A stretch of DNA of 64,000 nt, from contig OZ257155.1 of the NCBI GenBank assembly GCA_965279355.1, forward strand, positions 1,961,048 through 2,025,047, written 5' to 3'. The translations under genes were made by a program, and so were the position numbers. The DNA comes from Alphaproteobacteria bacterium. Lineage in GTDB: Bacteria; Pseudomonadota; Alphaproteobacteria; CACIAM-22H2. The notes beneath the pieces are model-generated. The model saw only the letters and a list, made by a program, of their open reading frames with translations. It had not been told where the DNA came from and ran no database searches. Of this stretch, positions 48,902 through 57,542 are shown piece by piece (positions within the stretch are counted from its first letter, which is position 1; every line of letters begins with the position of its first letter).

Positions 48902-49888
48902 ATGAATGTCTACCGCCCGGCGCGACCGGCCCTCCTGCCCGTCATCGACCTGTCCGGCGGCTTTTCGCCGTCGCTGGCGTCGCGACAGAGAGTCGCCGGG
49001 GAAATCGGAGCGGCGAGCCGGACGCATGGCTTTTTCTATGTCAGGAACCACAATGTTCCGCAGTACCTGATCGACAACCTGTTCGAGACAGCACGCCAGT
49101 TCTTCGCCATGCCGGCGGACGAGAAAGCGAAATGCACAGCCACGACGCCTTTCACGGCGCGTGGTTATGAAGGGTTCAACACCCAGGCTTTCGATCCCGA
49201 CGCGCCGGCGGACTACAAGGAAGGTTTCGTCCTCGGCATCGAACGGGGTCCCGATCATCCCTACGTCAAGGTCGGTGTACACAACCAGGGCGCCAATCTC
49301 TGGCATCCGGGGCAACCGGTGTTTCGCGCCGCGTCCGAAGACTATTTCAACGCGACCTTCCGGCTCGGTGTCGATCTCATGCGCCTGGTGGCGTTGTCGC
49401 TCGAACTCCCGGAAGATTTCTTCGACTCCCACTTCACCGATCCCATCGCCAATCTCCGGGTTCTGCACTATCCGGCGCACCCCAAGGACGCCCCGCCAGG
49501 CCAGCTCGGTTGCGGCGCGCACACTGACTGGGGCGCTTTGACCGTCCTGCTACAGGACGACTGCGGCGGGCTCGAGGTCCAGGGTGTCGACGGTGAGTGG
49601 ATTTTCGCCGAACCGGTCGAGGGCACCTTCGTCGTCAATCTCGGCGACCTGCTGGCGCGCTGGACCAACGATCTCTATCAATCCACGCCGCATCGCGTGA
49701 TGAACAACCGTTCCGGCCGTGACCGCTACTCGGCCGCCATGTTCCTTGACCCCAACCACTATTCGCAAATCGAGTGCCTGCCGAGCTGCCAGTCGGCGGG
49801 CCATCCGCCGAAATACCCGGTGTGCAGCGCCGGCGAGCACAATCTCGAAATGTACCGGCGCACGCACCCGACGGCGCCGACGGCTTAA
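48902..49888 (+). CDS. 2-oxoglutarate/Fe(II)-dependent dioxygenase (paralog of 45851..46849)
   Basis: 328 aa. It shares GAHTDWGALTVLLQDD and STPHRV blocks with the other copy. Confidence 0.75.
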   Translation: MNVYRPARPALLPVIDLSGGFSPSLASRQRVAGEIGAASRTHGFFYVRNHNVPQYLIDNLFETARQFFAMPADEKAKCTATTPFTARGYEGFNTQAFDPDAPADYKEGFVLGIERGPDHPYVKVGVHNQGANLWHPGQPVFRAASEDYFNATFRLGVDLMRLVALSLELPEDFFDSHFTDPIANLRVLHYPAHPKDAPPGQLGCGAHTDWGALTVLLQDDCGGLEVQGVDGEWIFAEPVEGTFVVNLGDLLARWTNDLYQSTPHRVMNNRSGRDRYSAAMFLDPNHYSQIECLPSCQSAGHPPKYPVCSAGEHNLEMYRRTHPTAPTA

Positions 49889-50145
49889 GCCACACTTCCG
49901 AAGATACAAAGGACGCCGGCAGCGGCAGTTGCTGTTTTGCTCCTCGGTTCCATGCCGCCAAGGCAACGGCGCGATTCTCGGACACCGTCCCGGATCATCG
50001 GACCAAAAAACCGCCATATGCGGGCGATCCCGTACGGACTGCGGATTAAACCGCAGCCAGCGTCACGATGCCGAACACCGCAAGGCTTGGTACGGCAATT
50101 GCTGTTCCTCCATCACCATAGGTTGTCCTGAACCAGGAGGTCGCA

Positions 50146-51138
50146 ATGGCTACCCATTCCCTGACACGCCGTACCGCTCTATCCCTCGCCGGTCTCGCGC
50201 TGCTGACGCCTGCCATCGCAGCCGCGCAGGACAAGGTTTCTTTCCAGACGAACTGGCGCGCCCAGGCCGAGCACGGCGGTTTCTATCAGGCGGTGGGCGC
50301 CGGCATCTACAAGAAGCACGGCCTTGAGGTGGAAATCCGCATGGGCGGGCCGCAGCAGGATCCCAATGCCCTGCTCCTCGCCGGCCGCGTCGACTTCATC
50401 ATGAACAACGCCTTCGGCGGCTTCAACTACGTGCGGGAAAACCTGCCCTTCATCGTGATCGCCTCGATGATGCAGAAGGATCCGCAGGTGCTGATCTCGC
50501 ATCCCGGCGTCGGCCATGACAGCCTCGCCGCCATGAAGGGCAAGCCGGTCCTCGTCGGCGCGGTGGCGCGCAACAGCTTCTACCCGTTCCTGAAGGCCAA
50601 GTTCGGATTCACCGATGAGATGATCCGACCCTATACGTTCAACATGGGGCCGTTCCTCGCCGACAAGAATGCGATCCAGCAGGGCTTCCTGACCAGCGAA
50701 GTGTTCTCCGCCGAACTCGCCGGCGTAAAGCCGGTCGTTCACCTGCTCGCCGACTCAGGCTTCGACAATTATCAGACAACGATCAATACATCGCTGAAAC
50801 TGATCGAAGCCAAGCCCGATCTCGTGCAGCGTTTCGTCAACGCCTCGATCGAAGGCTGGTACAGCTACATCTATAGCGATCCGACACCAGGCAACAAACT
50901 GATCAAAGCCGACAATCCGGATATGACCGACGACAAGATCGCCTACGCCATCGCAAAAATGAAGGAGTACGGCATCGTCGACTCAGGGGATTCAAAGACG
51001 CTCGGTATCGGCGCCATGACCGATGCGCGCTGGCAGCGGTTTTATAAAACCTATGTAGACGCCGGAATCTATCCGGCCACCCTGGACTATCGCAAGGCGT
51101 ACACCCTGCAGTTCGTCAACAAAAAGGTGGGAATGTGA
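50146..51138 (+). CDS. ABC transporter substrate-binding protein, NMT1/THI5-like
   Basis: 330 aa with a Tat/Sec-type signal (RRTALSLAGLALLTPAIAAAQ). It is the first gene of an SBP-ATPase-permease operon. Confidence 0.8.
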   Translation: MATHSLTRRTALSLAGLALLTPAIAAAQDKVSFQTNWRAQAEHGGFYQAVGAGIYKKHGLEVEIRMGGPQQDPNALLLAGRVDFIMNNAFGGFNYVRENLPFIVIASMMQKDPQVLISHPGVGHDSLAAMKGKPVLVGAVARNSFYPFLKAKFGFTDEMIRPYTFNMGPFLADKNAIQQGFLTSEVFSAELAGVKPVVHLLADSGFDNYQTTINTSLKLIEAKPDLVQRFVNASIEGWYSYIYSDPTPGNKLIKADNPDMTDDKIAYAIAKMKEYGIVDSGDSKTLGIGAMTDARWQRFYKTYVDAGIYPATLDYRKAYTLQFVNKKVGM

Positions 51139-51962
51139 GACCAGCTCTCGTTACGACGCCTCCCGCACCGCTTCCGGTCGGAGAAGTAGCCCGCGAACGG
51201 CCGGTCGTCAGCCTCACCGGTGTCAGCAAGCGCTTCTCGAACGGCACGCTGGCGGTGAAAGACTTCTCGCTGGCGGTCCAGCAGAACAGCTTCATCAGCC
51301 TGCTTGGTCCGTCGGGCTGCGGCAAGAGTACGGTGCTGCGCATGATCGCCGGTCTCGGCGATCCGTCGGCGGGCACGATTGACTGGCCGCTGGCGGCTTA
51401 CGACGCCGCCGGCAAGCCGATGCCCGATCTGGGCTTCGTCTTCCAGGAGCCGACGCTGATGCCGTGGGCGACCTCCATCAAGAACGTGATGCTGCCGCTG
51501 ATCCTGGCAGGAAAGTCCAAATCGGAGGCAAAGGACCAGGCCCTCGATGCGCTGGCGCAGGTCGGCCTGTCCGGCTTCGAGAATGCGTATCCGCGCGAGT
51601 TGTCGGGCGGCATGAAGATGCGCGTGTCGATCGCCCGCGCCATCGTCACCAAGCCGCGCGTGCTGCTGATGGACGAGCCGTTCGCGGCGCTGGACGAGAT
51701 CACCCGCTTCAAGCTGAACAACGACCTCCAGGAACTCTGGCAGAAGCTGAAGTTCACCGTGATCTTCGTGACGCACTCAGTCTTCGAGTCTGTCTATCTT
51801 TCGGAGCGCATCGTGGTCATGGCGGCCCGTCCTGGCCGTGTCATGACCGAGCTTGCCATCGGCGCGGCCTATCCCCGCGATGAAGCGTTCCGCACCTCAG
51901 CCAACTACGCGGAATACTGCCGCGTCGTGTCCCGCACCCTTGGTGAGGCGATTGCCGCATGA
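51135..51962 (+). CDS. ABC transporter ATP-binding protein
   Basis: Walker A GPSGCGKST, signature LSGGMKMR, Walker B LLMDEPF. It overlaps the binding-protein gene by 4 bp. Confidence 0.85.
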   Translation: MRPALVTTPPAPLPVGEVARERPVVSLTGVSKRFSNGTLAVKDFSLAVQQNSFISLLGPSGCGKSTVLRMIAGLGDPSAGTIDWPLAAYDAAGKPMPDLGFVFQEPTLMPWATSIKNVMLPLILAGKSKSEAKDQALDALAQVGLSGFENAYPRELSGGMKMRVSIARAIVTKPRVLLMDEPFAALDEITRFKLNNDLQELWQKLKFTVIFVTHSVFESVYLSERIVVMAARPGRVMTELAIGAAYPRDEAFRTSANYAEYCRVVSRTLGEAIAA

Positions 51963-52840
51963 CAACCATCTCCACGGCCCTGCCCAGCCTGGCCTCCGAC
52001 GGCACCGATTCCGGTCTCATCGCCGTCCCGCACGAAAAACGCTTCCTCGGCATCGCGGTTTCGACCTGGCCGAAGATCCTGGCGCCGATGTTCATCGGCA
52101 TCCTGGCGCTCGCGGCCTGGGAAATCACCGTCACCGTCTACAAGGTGCCGGCCTACATCCTGCCGGGTCCGATCCTGATCGTGCAGACCCTGTTCAAGGA
52201 CTGGCACACGCTGTCGACCTCGCTCTGGGTGACGTTGCAGATCACCTTCGCGGCGCTGGCCATCGCGGCCTCGCTTGGCGTGTTCATCTCGGTGCTGTTC
52301 AGCCAGTCGAAATGGGTCGAGTTCTCGTTCTTCCCGTATGCCGTCATCCTTCAGGTGACGCCGATCGTCGCCATCGCACCGCTGATCATCATCTGGGTCG
52401 ACAACATCCAGATCGCGCTGCTGATCTGCGCCTGGATCGTCGCGTTCTTTCCGATCCTGTCGAACACGATCCTGGGCCTGAACAGCGCCGACCATAACCT
52501 GCTGAACCTGTTCCAGCTCTATCGCGCCTCGCGCGGCCAGGTGCTGCGGCATCTGCGTATTCCCGCCGCCATGCCGTATTTCCTCGGCGGCCTGCGCATC
52601 TCCGGCGGCCTGTCGCTGATCGGCGCGGTCGTAGCGGAGTTCGTGGCCGGCACCGGCGGTCGCGCCTCAGGCCTTGCCTATCGCATCCTCGAGTCAGGAT
52701 ACCAGTTGCAGATTCCGCGCATGTTCGCGGCTCTGCTGCTGATCTCGCTCACCGGCATCGCGATCTTTCTGGTGTTGTCTCTGATCTCGCATCTCTGCCT
52801 GCGCAAATGGCACGAGAGCGCCATCCGTCGAGAGAATTGA
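51959..52840 (+). CDS. ABC transporter permease
   Basis: 293 aa polytopic membrane protein. It overlaps the ATPase gene by 4 bp. Confidence 0.8.
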   Translation: MTTISTALPSLASDGTDSGLIAVPHEKRFLGIAVSTWPKILAPMFIGILALAAWEITVTVYKVPAYILPGPILIVQTLFKDWHTLSTSLWVTLQITFAALAIAASLGVFISVLFSQSKWVEFSFFPYAVILQVTPIVAIAPLIIIWVDNIQIALLICAWIVAFFPILSNTILGLNSADHNLLNLFQLYRASRGQVLRHLRIPAAMPYFLGGLRISGGLSLIGAVVAEFVAGTGGRASGLAYRILESGYQLQIPRMFAALLLISLTGIAIFLVLSLISHLCLRKWHESAIRREN

Positions 52841-52841
52841 G

Positions 52842-54188
52842 ATGAGCGGTTTCGTTGCGATCCCCGATGCGCCGTCCTATTGGCTGCGGAACGGCAAGGT
52901 CTCGGCCTCGCTGCTCGCGGCACCAACCGGCAAGCCCGCCGACCGTGAAGGTCTGGTCGATGTCGACCTCGAAATCAGCGGCGGCAAAGTCGCCGCGATT
53001 GCGCCCGGCGGCACGTTTGTCGCGGCGGGCGCGGTCGATCTCAAGGGCGGGCAGATCTGGCCCGGCTTTGTCGATATCCACACCCATATGGACAAGGGCC
53101 ATATCTGGCCGCGCGCTGAAAACCCCGACGGCACATTCTTCGGCGCCTTTACCGCAACCGCGACCGACCGCCCGAACTGGCATCCCGCCGATGTGAAGCG
53201 GCGGTTCGATTTCGGTCTCCGCACCGCTTACGCGCACGGAACCGTTGCGATCCGCACCCATCTCGATTCCTGGGACCCGCAGGCGAAAATCTCGTGGAGC
53301 GTGTTCCGCGAGATCCGCGACGAATGGGCGGGCCGCATCGACCTGCAGGCAAGCTCCATCGTGCCGATGGATGCGTTCGGCCTGCCGTTTGGCGTCGAAC
53401 TGGCCGACACGGTCGCGAAATCGGGCGGCGTTCTCGGCGCCGTGACCCGCCTGAACGGCGGCCTGCACGACAGCGTGCCGCCGGAGTTCCAGCCGCTGCT
53501 TGATCGGATTTTCGACCTCGCCGAGGAACGGAATCTCGATCTCGACTTCCATGTCGACGAAAGCGGCGAACAGGGTGCGGCAGCCCTCGGCCACATCGCG
53601 CGGACCGCGATCCGTCGCAAATTCAAGAACAAGATACATTGCGGCCATTGCTGCAGCCTCGCCGTGCAGCCGGAAGAACTGGTGAAAGAGACGCTGAAGG
53701 CCTGCGCAGACTCAGGCCTCGCTGTGGTCAGCCTGCCGATGTGCAACATGTACCTGCAGGACCGCGTGCCGGGCCGCACGCCGCGCTGGCGCGGCGTCAC
53801 CCTGCTGCATGAGCTGAAGGCGAGCGGCGTGCCGGTCTCGGTCGCCAGCGACAACTGCCGCGATCCGTTCTACGGTTTTGGCGATCACGACGCCATGGAA
53901 GTGTTCACCCAGGCGACGCGCATCGCCCATTTTGACCGTCCCTATGGCGACTGGCCGCGCGCCGTAACCGCGACGCCGGCCGGCGTGATGAAGCTGGGCG
54001 ACCGCGGCACGATCAAGGTCGGCGGTCCCGCCGATCTCGTGCTGTTCCACGGACGCACCATGAGCGAACTGCTGTCGCGCCGTCAGAGCGACCGCGTCGT
54101 GCTGCGTGCCGGCAAGGCGATCGATACAACTCTGCCTGAGTACAGCGAGCTCGACGAGCTCTTCGTCGCCGCCGAAGCGGCCGCCTGA
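52842..54188 (+). CDS. Cytosine deaminase-like amidohydrolase (CodA/AtzC family)
   Basis: 448 aa with the HTH metal site (VDIHTHMDKGH) and the ..LDFHVDE.. motif typical of the cytosine deaminase/AtzC clade. Confidence 0.7.
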   Translation: MSGFVAIPDAPSYWLRNGKVSASLLAAPTGKPADREGLVDVDLEISGGKVAAIAPGGTFVAAGAVDLKGGQIWPGFVDIHTHMDKGHIWPRAENPDGTFFGAFTATATDRPNWHPADVKRRFDFGLRTAYAHGTVAIRTHLDSWDPQAKISWSVFREIRDEWAGRIDLQASSIVPMDAFGLPFGVELADTVAKSGGVLGAVTRLNGGLHDSVPPEFQPLLDRIFDLAEERNLDLDFHVDESGEQGAAALGHIARTAIRRKFKNKIHCGHCCSLAVQPEELVKETLKACADSGLAVVSLPMCNMYLQDRVPGRTPRWRGVTLLHELKASGVPVSVASDNCRDPFYGFGDHDAMEVFTQATRIAHFDRPYGDWPRAVTATPAGVMKLGDRGTIKVGGPADLVLFHGRTMSELLSRRQSDRVVLRAGKAIDTTLPEYSELDELFVAAEAAA

Positions 54189-54190
54189 CC

Positions 54191-55567
54191 ATGGGCGTGG
54201 ATGGGCTTCCCGTCCGGCCGTCCACGGCAGCGCTTGCCGATCTCAAAGCAGCCCTTGCCGGGCTGCAGATCATCGACGATCCGTCGACAGTACGGCTGCG
54301 CAGCCGAGATTTCTTCTGGTACAGCCCGCTTCTGAAGGAAGAGCTCAACAGCAAATCGGCCGACCTCATCGTCGTGCCGCAAAATGAAGAAGACGTGCTG
54401 CGGGTCGCGCGCGAATGCGTGGCGCGGCGCATCCCGATCGTGGTACGCGGCGGCGCCACTGGCAATTACGGACAGATGGTGCCGCTGGCCGGCGGCGTGC
54501 TGCTCGACATGGCGGCGATGAATCGCGTTCTCTGGCTGCGTCCCGGCATGGGGCGCTTCCAGGCCGGCGCCAAGCTGATCGATATCGACATCGCGGCGAT
54601 CCCCACCGGCTGGGAATTGCGGATGCATCCCTCGACCAAGCGTACCGCGACCATAGGCGGCTTTGCCTGCGGCGGCGCAGCGGGGGTCGGCTCGATCCTC
54701 TACGGTCAGCTGCGCGACCGCGGGTCGATCGCGGCGCTGCGCGTGGTCACGATGGAAGACGAGCCGCGCATCATAGAGCTGCGCGGCGACGAGATCCGCA
54801 ACGCGCTGCATGCCTATGGCACCAACGGCATCGTCACCGAAGTCGAGGTCGCCCTCGCCCCGGCTTGGCCGTGGCTGGACATGATTGCGGTGTTCGACGA
54901 CTTCGGGAAGATCGCTCAGTTCGCTCAACTTTGTGGTGAATCTGGCGGCATCGTCACCAAGCTTATCACTCTGATCGCCTGGCCTATTACAAGCTATTTC
55001 AAGGGGTTGAAGGAATTTCTGCCCGAGGGCAAACACATGGTCATCGCCATGGTGGCAAAGGGCAGTCGCGAGCCGTTTCTGAGCCTCGTGGCGGAGTTCG
55101 GCGGCAGCGTTACCTACGAGAAGAAGACACCGGCCGACGGCGATCCTACCCAAATACCGCTCTACGAATACACCTGGAACCACACGACGTTGCAGGTGCT
55201 CAAGACCGACCGCACCGTCACCTACCTGCAGACCATCTTCCCGCCGGGGCAGAACCTCGAGCGCGTCGACCACATGTACAAGAAGTTCGGCGACGAGGTG
55301 CTGATGCATTGCGAATTCCAGCGCCGCCAGGGCCGTATCTCCTGCAGCGCGCTGCAGATCGTGCGCTACTCCACGCCTGAGCGCCTGCGCGAGATCATCC
55401 GCTATCACGAGGAGAACGGCACCCGCATCTCCAACCCGCATACCTACATCCTCGAGGACAAGGGCCCCAAGGTCATCGACGCCGATCACCAGCTCACCTT
55501 CAAGCGCCTCACCGACCCTTACGGCCTGATGAACCCCGGCAAGATGAGCCGCTGGACGCCCGCATGA
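54191..55567 (+). CDS. FAD-linked oxidase (PCMH-type FAD-binding domain; vanillyl-alcohol oxidase/BBE-like superfamily)
   Basis: 458 aa with the N-terminal FAD_binding_4-like region (VVPQNEEDVLRVARECVARRIPIVVRGGATGNYGQ). Confidence 0.65.
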   Translation: MGVDGLPVRPSTAALADLKAALAGLQIIDDPSTVRLRSRDFFWYSPLLKEELNSKSADLIVVPQNEEDVLRVARECVARRIPIVVRGGATGNYGQMVPLAGGVLLDMAAMNRVLWLRPGMGRFQAGAKLIDIDIAAIPTGWELRMHPSTKRTATIGGFACGGAAGVGSILYGQLRDRGSIAALRVVTMEDEPRIIELRGDEIRNALHAYGTNGIVTEVEVALAPAWPWLDMIAVFDDFGKIAQFAQLCGESGGIVTKLITLIAWPITSYFKGLKEFLPEGKHMVIAMVAKGSREPFLSLVAEFGGSVTYEKKTPADGDPTQIPLYEYTWNHTTLQVLKTDRTVTYLQTIFPPGQNLERVDHMYKKFGDEVLMHCEFQRRQGRISCSALQIVRYSTPERLREIIRYHEENGTRISNPHTYILEDKGPKVIDADHQLTFKRLTDPYGLMNPGKMSRWTPA

Positions 55568-56943
55568 TGAACGCAGCCGAACGCTCCGCCTTCGTCCGCG
55601 CGATCGCACCGCTGCCAGTCATCGACGACCCGGCGCTGGTGAAACAGAAGTCGCGCGACTTCTACTGGTACAGCCCGATCCTCAAGGACCAGCTCCGCAG
55701 CGTGACCGCCGATCTCATCGTCGTGCCCCGCACCGTCGACGACGTCATCGCCGTCGCCCGCGAATGCGTGCGCAAACGCATTCCGCTCACGGTACGCGGC
55801 GGCGGCACCGGCAATTACGGCCAGGCGATGCCCCTCGACGGCGGCATCGTGCTCGACATGTCGGCGATGACCGCGATCAAAAAACTGGAAGACGGCGTCG
55901 TCACCGTCGAGCCCGGACTCAAGATCATCGATCTCGAAACCGCCACGCTGCCCGAAGGCTGGGAGATGCGCTTCCATCCCTCGACCCGCCGCACCGCGAC
56001 CATCGGCGGCTTCATCGCCGGCGGCTCGACCGGGGTCGGCGCCATCAATTACGGCCTGCTGCGCGATCGCGGCAACGTGCTGGCGCTCAAGGTCGTGACG
56101 ATGGAAGAGGAGCCGCGCGTGCTGGAGCTACGCGGCGACGACGTGCAGAAGGTCATCCACGCCTACGGCACCAACGGCATCGTCGTCGAGCTGGAGATCC
56201 CGCTCGCCCGCGCCTGGCCGTGGGTCGACGTGCTGGTCTCCTTCCCCGAATTCTCCGCCGCCGCGAAGTTCGGTCAGGCGCTCGCGGAATCCGAAGGCAT
56301 CATCAAGAAGCTGATCACCCCGGTCGACTGGGGTGCGGCGCAATACTTCAAGCCGCTGCAGCCCTTCCTGGTCGAGGGCCACGCGGTGGTCGTCACCATG
56401 ATCGCCGAACCATCGATGGAATCCTTCCAGGCGCTGGTCGGCGAGACCGGCGGCACCTGCGTCTATATCCGGGCCCCCGAAGCCGCCGCGCACGATGCCG
56501 TGCCGCCGCTCTACGAATTCACCTGGAACCATACGACCCTGCACGCGCTCAAGGCCGACCGCAGCATCACCTATCTGCAGACGCTGTTTCCGGCGCCGAA
56601 CCATCTCGAACTCGTCGCGCATATGCGCCAGAAATTCGGCGACGAAACGCCGATGCATCTGGAACTGGTGCGGTTGGACGGCCAGATCGGCTGCTTCGGC
56701 CTGCAGCTCGTCCGCTTCACGACGCCCGAGCGCCTCGACGAGATCATCGCCTATCACGAGGCGAAAGGCTGCCCGGTCTTCAACCCGCACACCTATGTGC
56801 TGGAAGACGGGGGCATGAAGGACATCGACCAGGACCAGCTCGGCTTCAAGCACCTCGCCGATCCGCACGGCCTGCTGAACCCGCGCAAGATGCGGGGGTG
56901 GACCGAGGATTCGAAATCGAAGTGGGTCAGAGCTGCGTCATAG
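55564..56943 (+). CDS. FAD-linked oxidase, tandem paralog of 54191..55567
   Basis: 459 aa, collinear with the first copy. They share IVVPRTVDDV..ARECV..RIP.TVRGGGTGNYGQ, YEFTWNHTTL and NPHTYVLED. The genes overlap by 4 bp. Confidence 0.65.
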   Translation: MMNAAERSAFVRAIAPLPVIDDPALVKQKSRDFYWYSPILKDQLRSVTADLIVVPRTVDDVIAVARECVRKRIPLTVRGGGTGNYGQAMPLDGGIVLDMSAMTAIKKLEDGVVTVEPGLKIIDLETATLPEGWEMRFHPSTRRTATIGGFIAGGSTGVGAINYGLLRDRGNVLALKVVTMEEEPRVLELRGDDVQKVIHAYGTNGIVVELEIPLARAWPWVDVLVSFPEFSAAAKFGQALAESEGIIKKLITPVDWGAAQYFKPLQPFLVEGHAVVVTMIAEPSMESFQALVGETGGTCVYIRAPEAAAHDAVPPLYEFTWNHTTLHALKADRSITYLQTLFPAPNHLELVAHMRQKFGDETPMHLELVRLDGQIGCFGLQLVRFTTPERLDEIIAYHEAKGCPVFNPHTYVLEDGGMKDIDQDQLGFKHLADPHGLLNPRKMRGWTEDSKSKWVRAAS

Positions 56944-57514
56944 CGGTCCACGCCCGGTCGAGAAACCGGCGGCGTCGCTCCATCGTCCCCCGATTCATAT
57001 CGTAGAACGCGACATAATTGGCGCGGCAGCCGAAACCGCACAGCGCCTTGAAGTAGCGCGTGATGTGGCCGCGCGGCAGGTCGCCGACGATCAGCCGCAC
57101 ATGCCACCATGGCCGCCCATAGGTCGCGACGCCGACGATCCGTTTGATGTTGGTCAGTGCCGGCCGCGCGATGCCGTCCTCGCCCAGGGTGAATGACACG
57201 CCCGGCACCAGCACCCGGTCGAACCAGCCCTTGAGGATGGCCGGCACGCCGAAACTCCAGGTCGGAAACACGAACACCACGGCGTCGGCCCGCTGCAGCC
57301 GTACGGCGTAACTGTCGACCAGTGCCCGGTTGCGCGTCAGGTCGTGATAATCCTGCCGCTCCGCCGCGCTCAACACCGGATCGAATTTCTCGGCATAGAG
57401 ATCGCAATCGTCGACCTCATGCCCGGCGGCGCGCAGCGCATTGAGGACCGTCCGGTGGACTTCGGCGTTGAAACTGTCGCCCAGCGGGTGGGCGTAGAGG
57501 ACGAGGACTTTCAT
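56927..57514 (-). CDS. Flavodoxin-like fold NAD(P)H-dependent oxidoreductase (NQO/MdaB-like)
   Basis: 195 aa. It begins MKVLVLYAHP, typical of FMN-dependent NAD(P)H quinone/azo reductases. Confidence 0.6.
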   Translation of the reverse strand: MKVLVLYAHPLGDSFNAEVHRTVLNALRAAGHEVDDCDLYAEKFDPVLSAAERQDYHDLTRNRALVDSYAVRLQRADAVVFVFPTWSFGVPAILKGWFDRVLVPGVSFTLGEDGIARPALTNIKRIVGVATYGRPWWHVRLIVGDLPRGHITRYFKALCGFGCRANYVAFYDMNRGTMERRRRFLDRAWTAMTQL

Positions 57515-57542
57515 ATCCTCGGCAGTGCAAGAGGAGTGCCGC

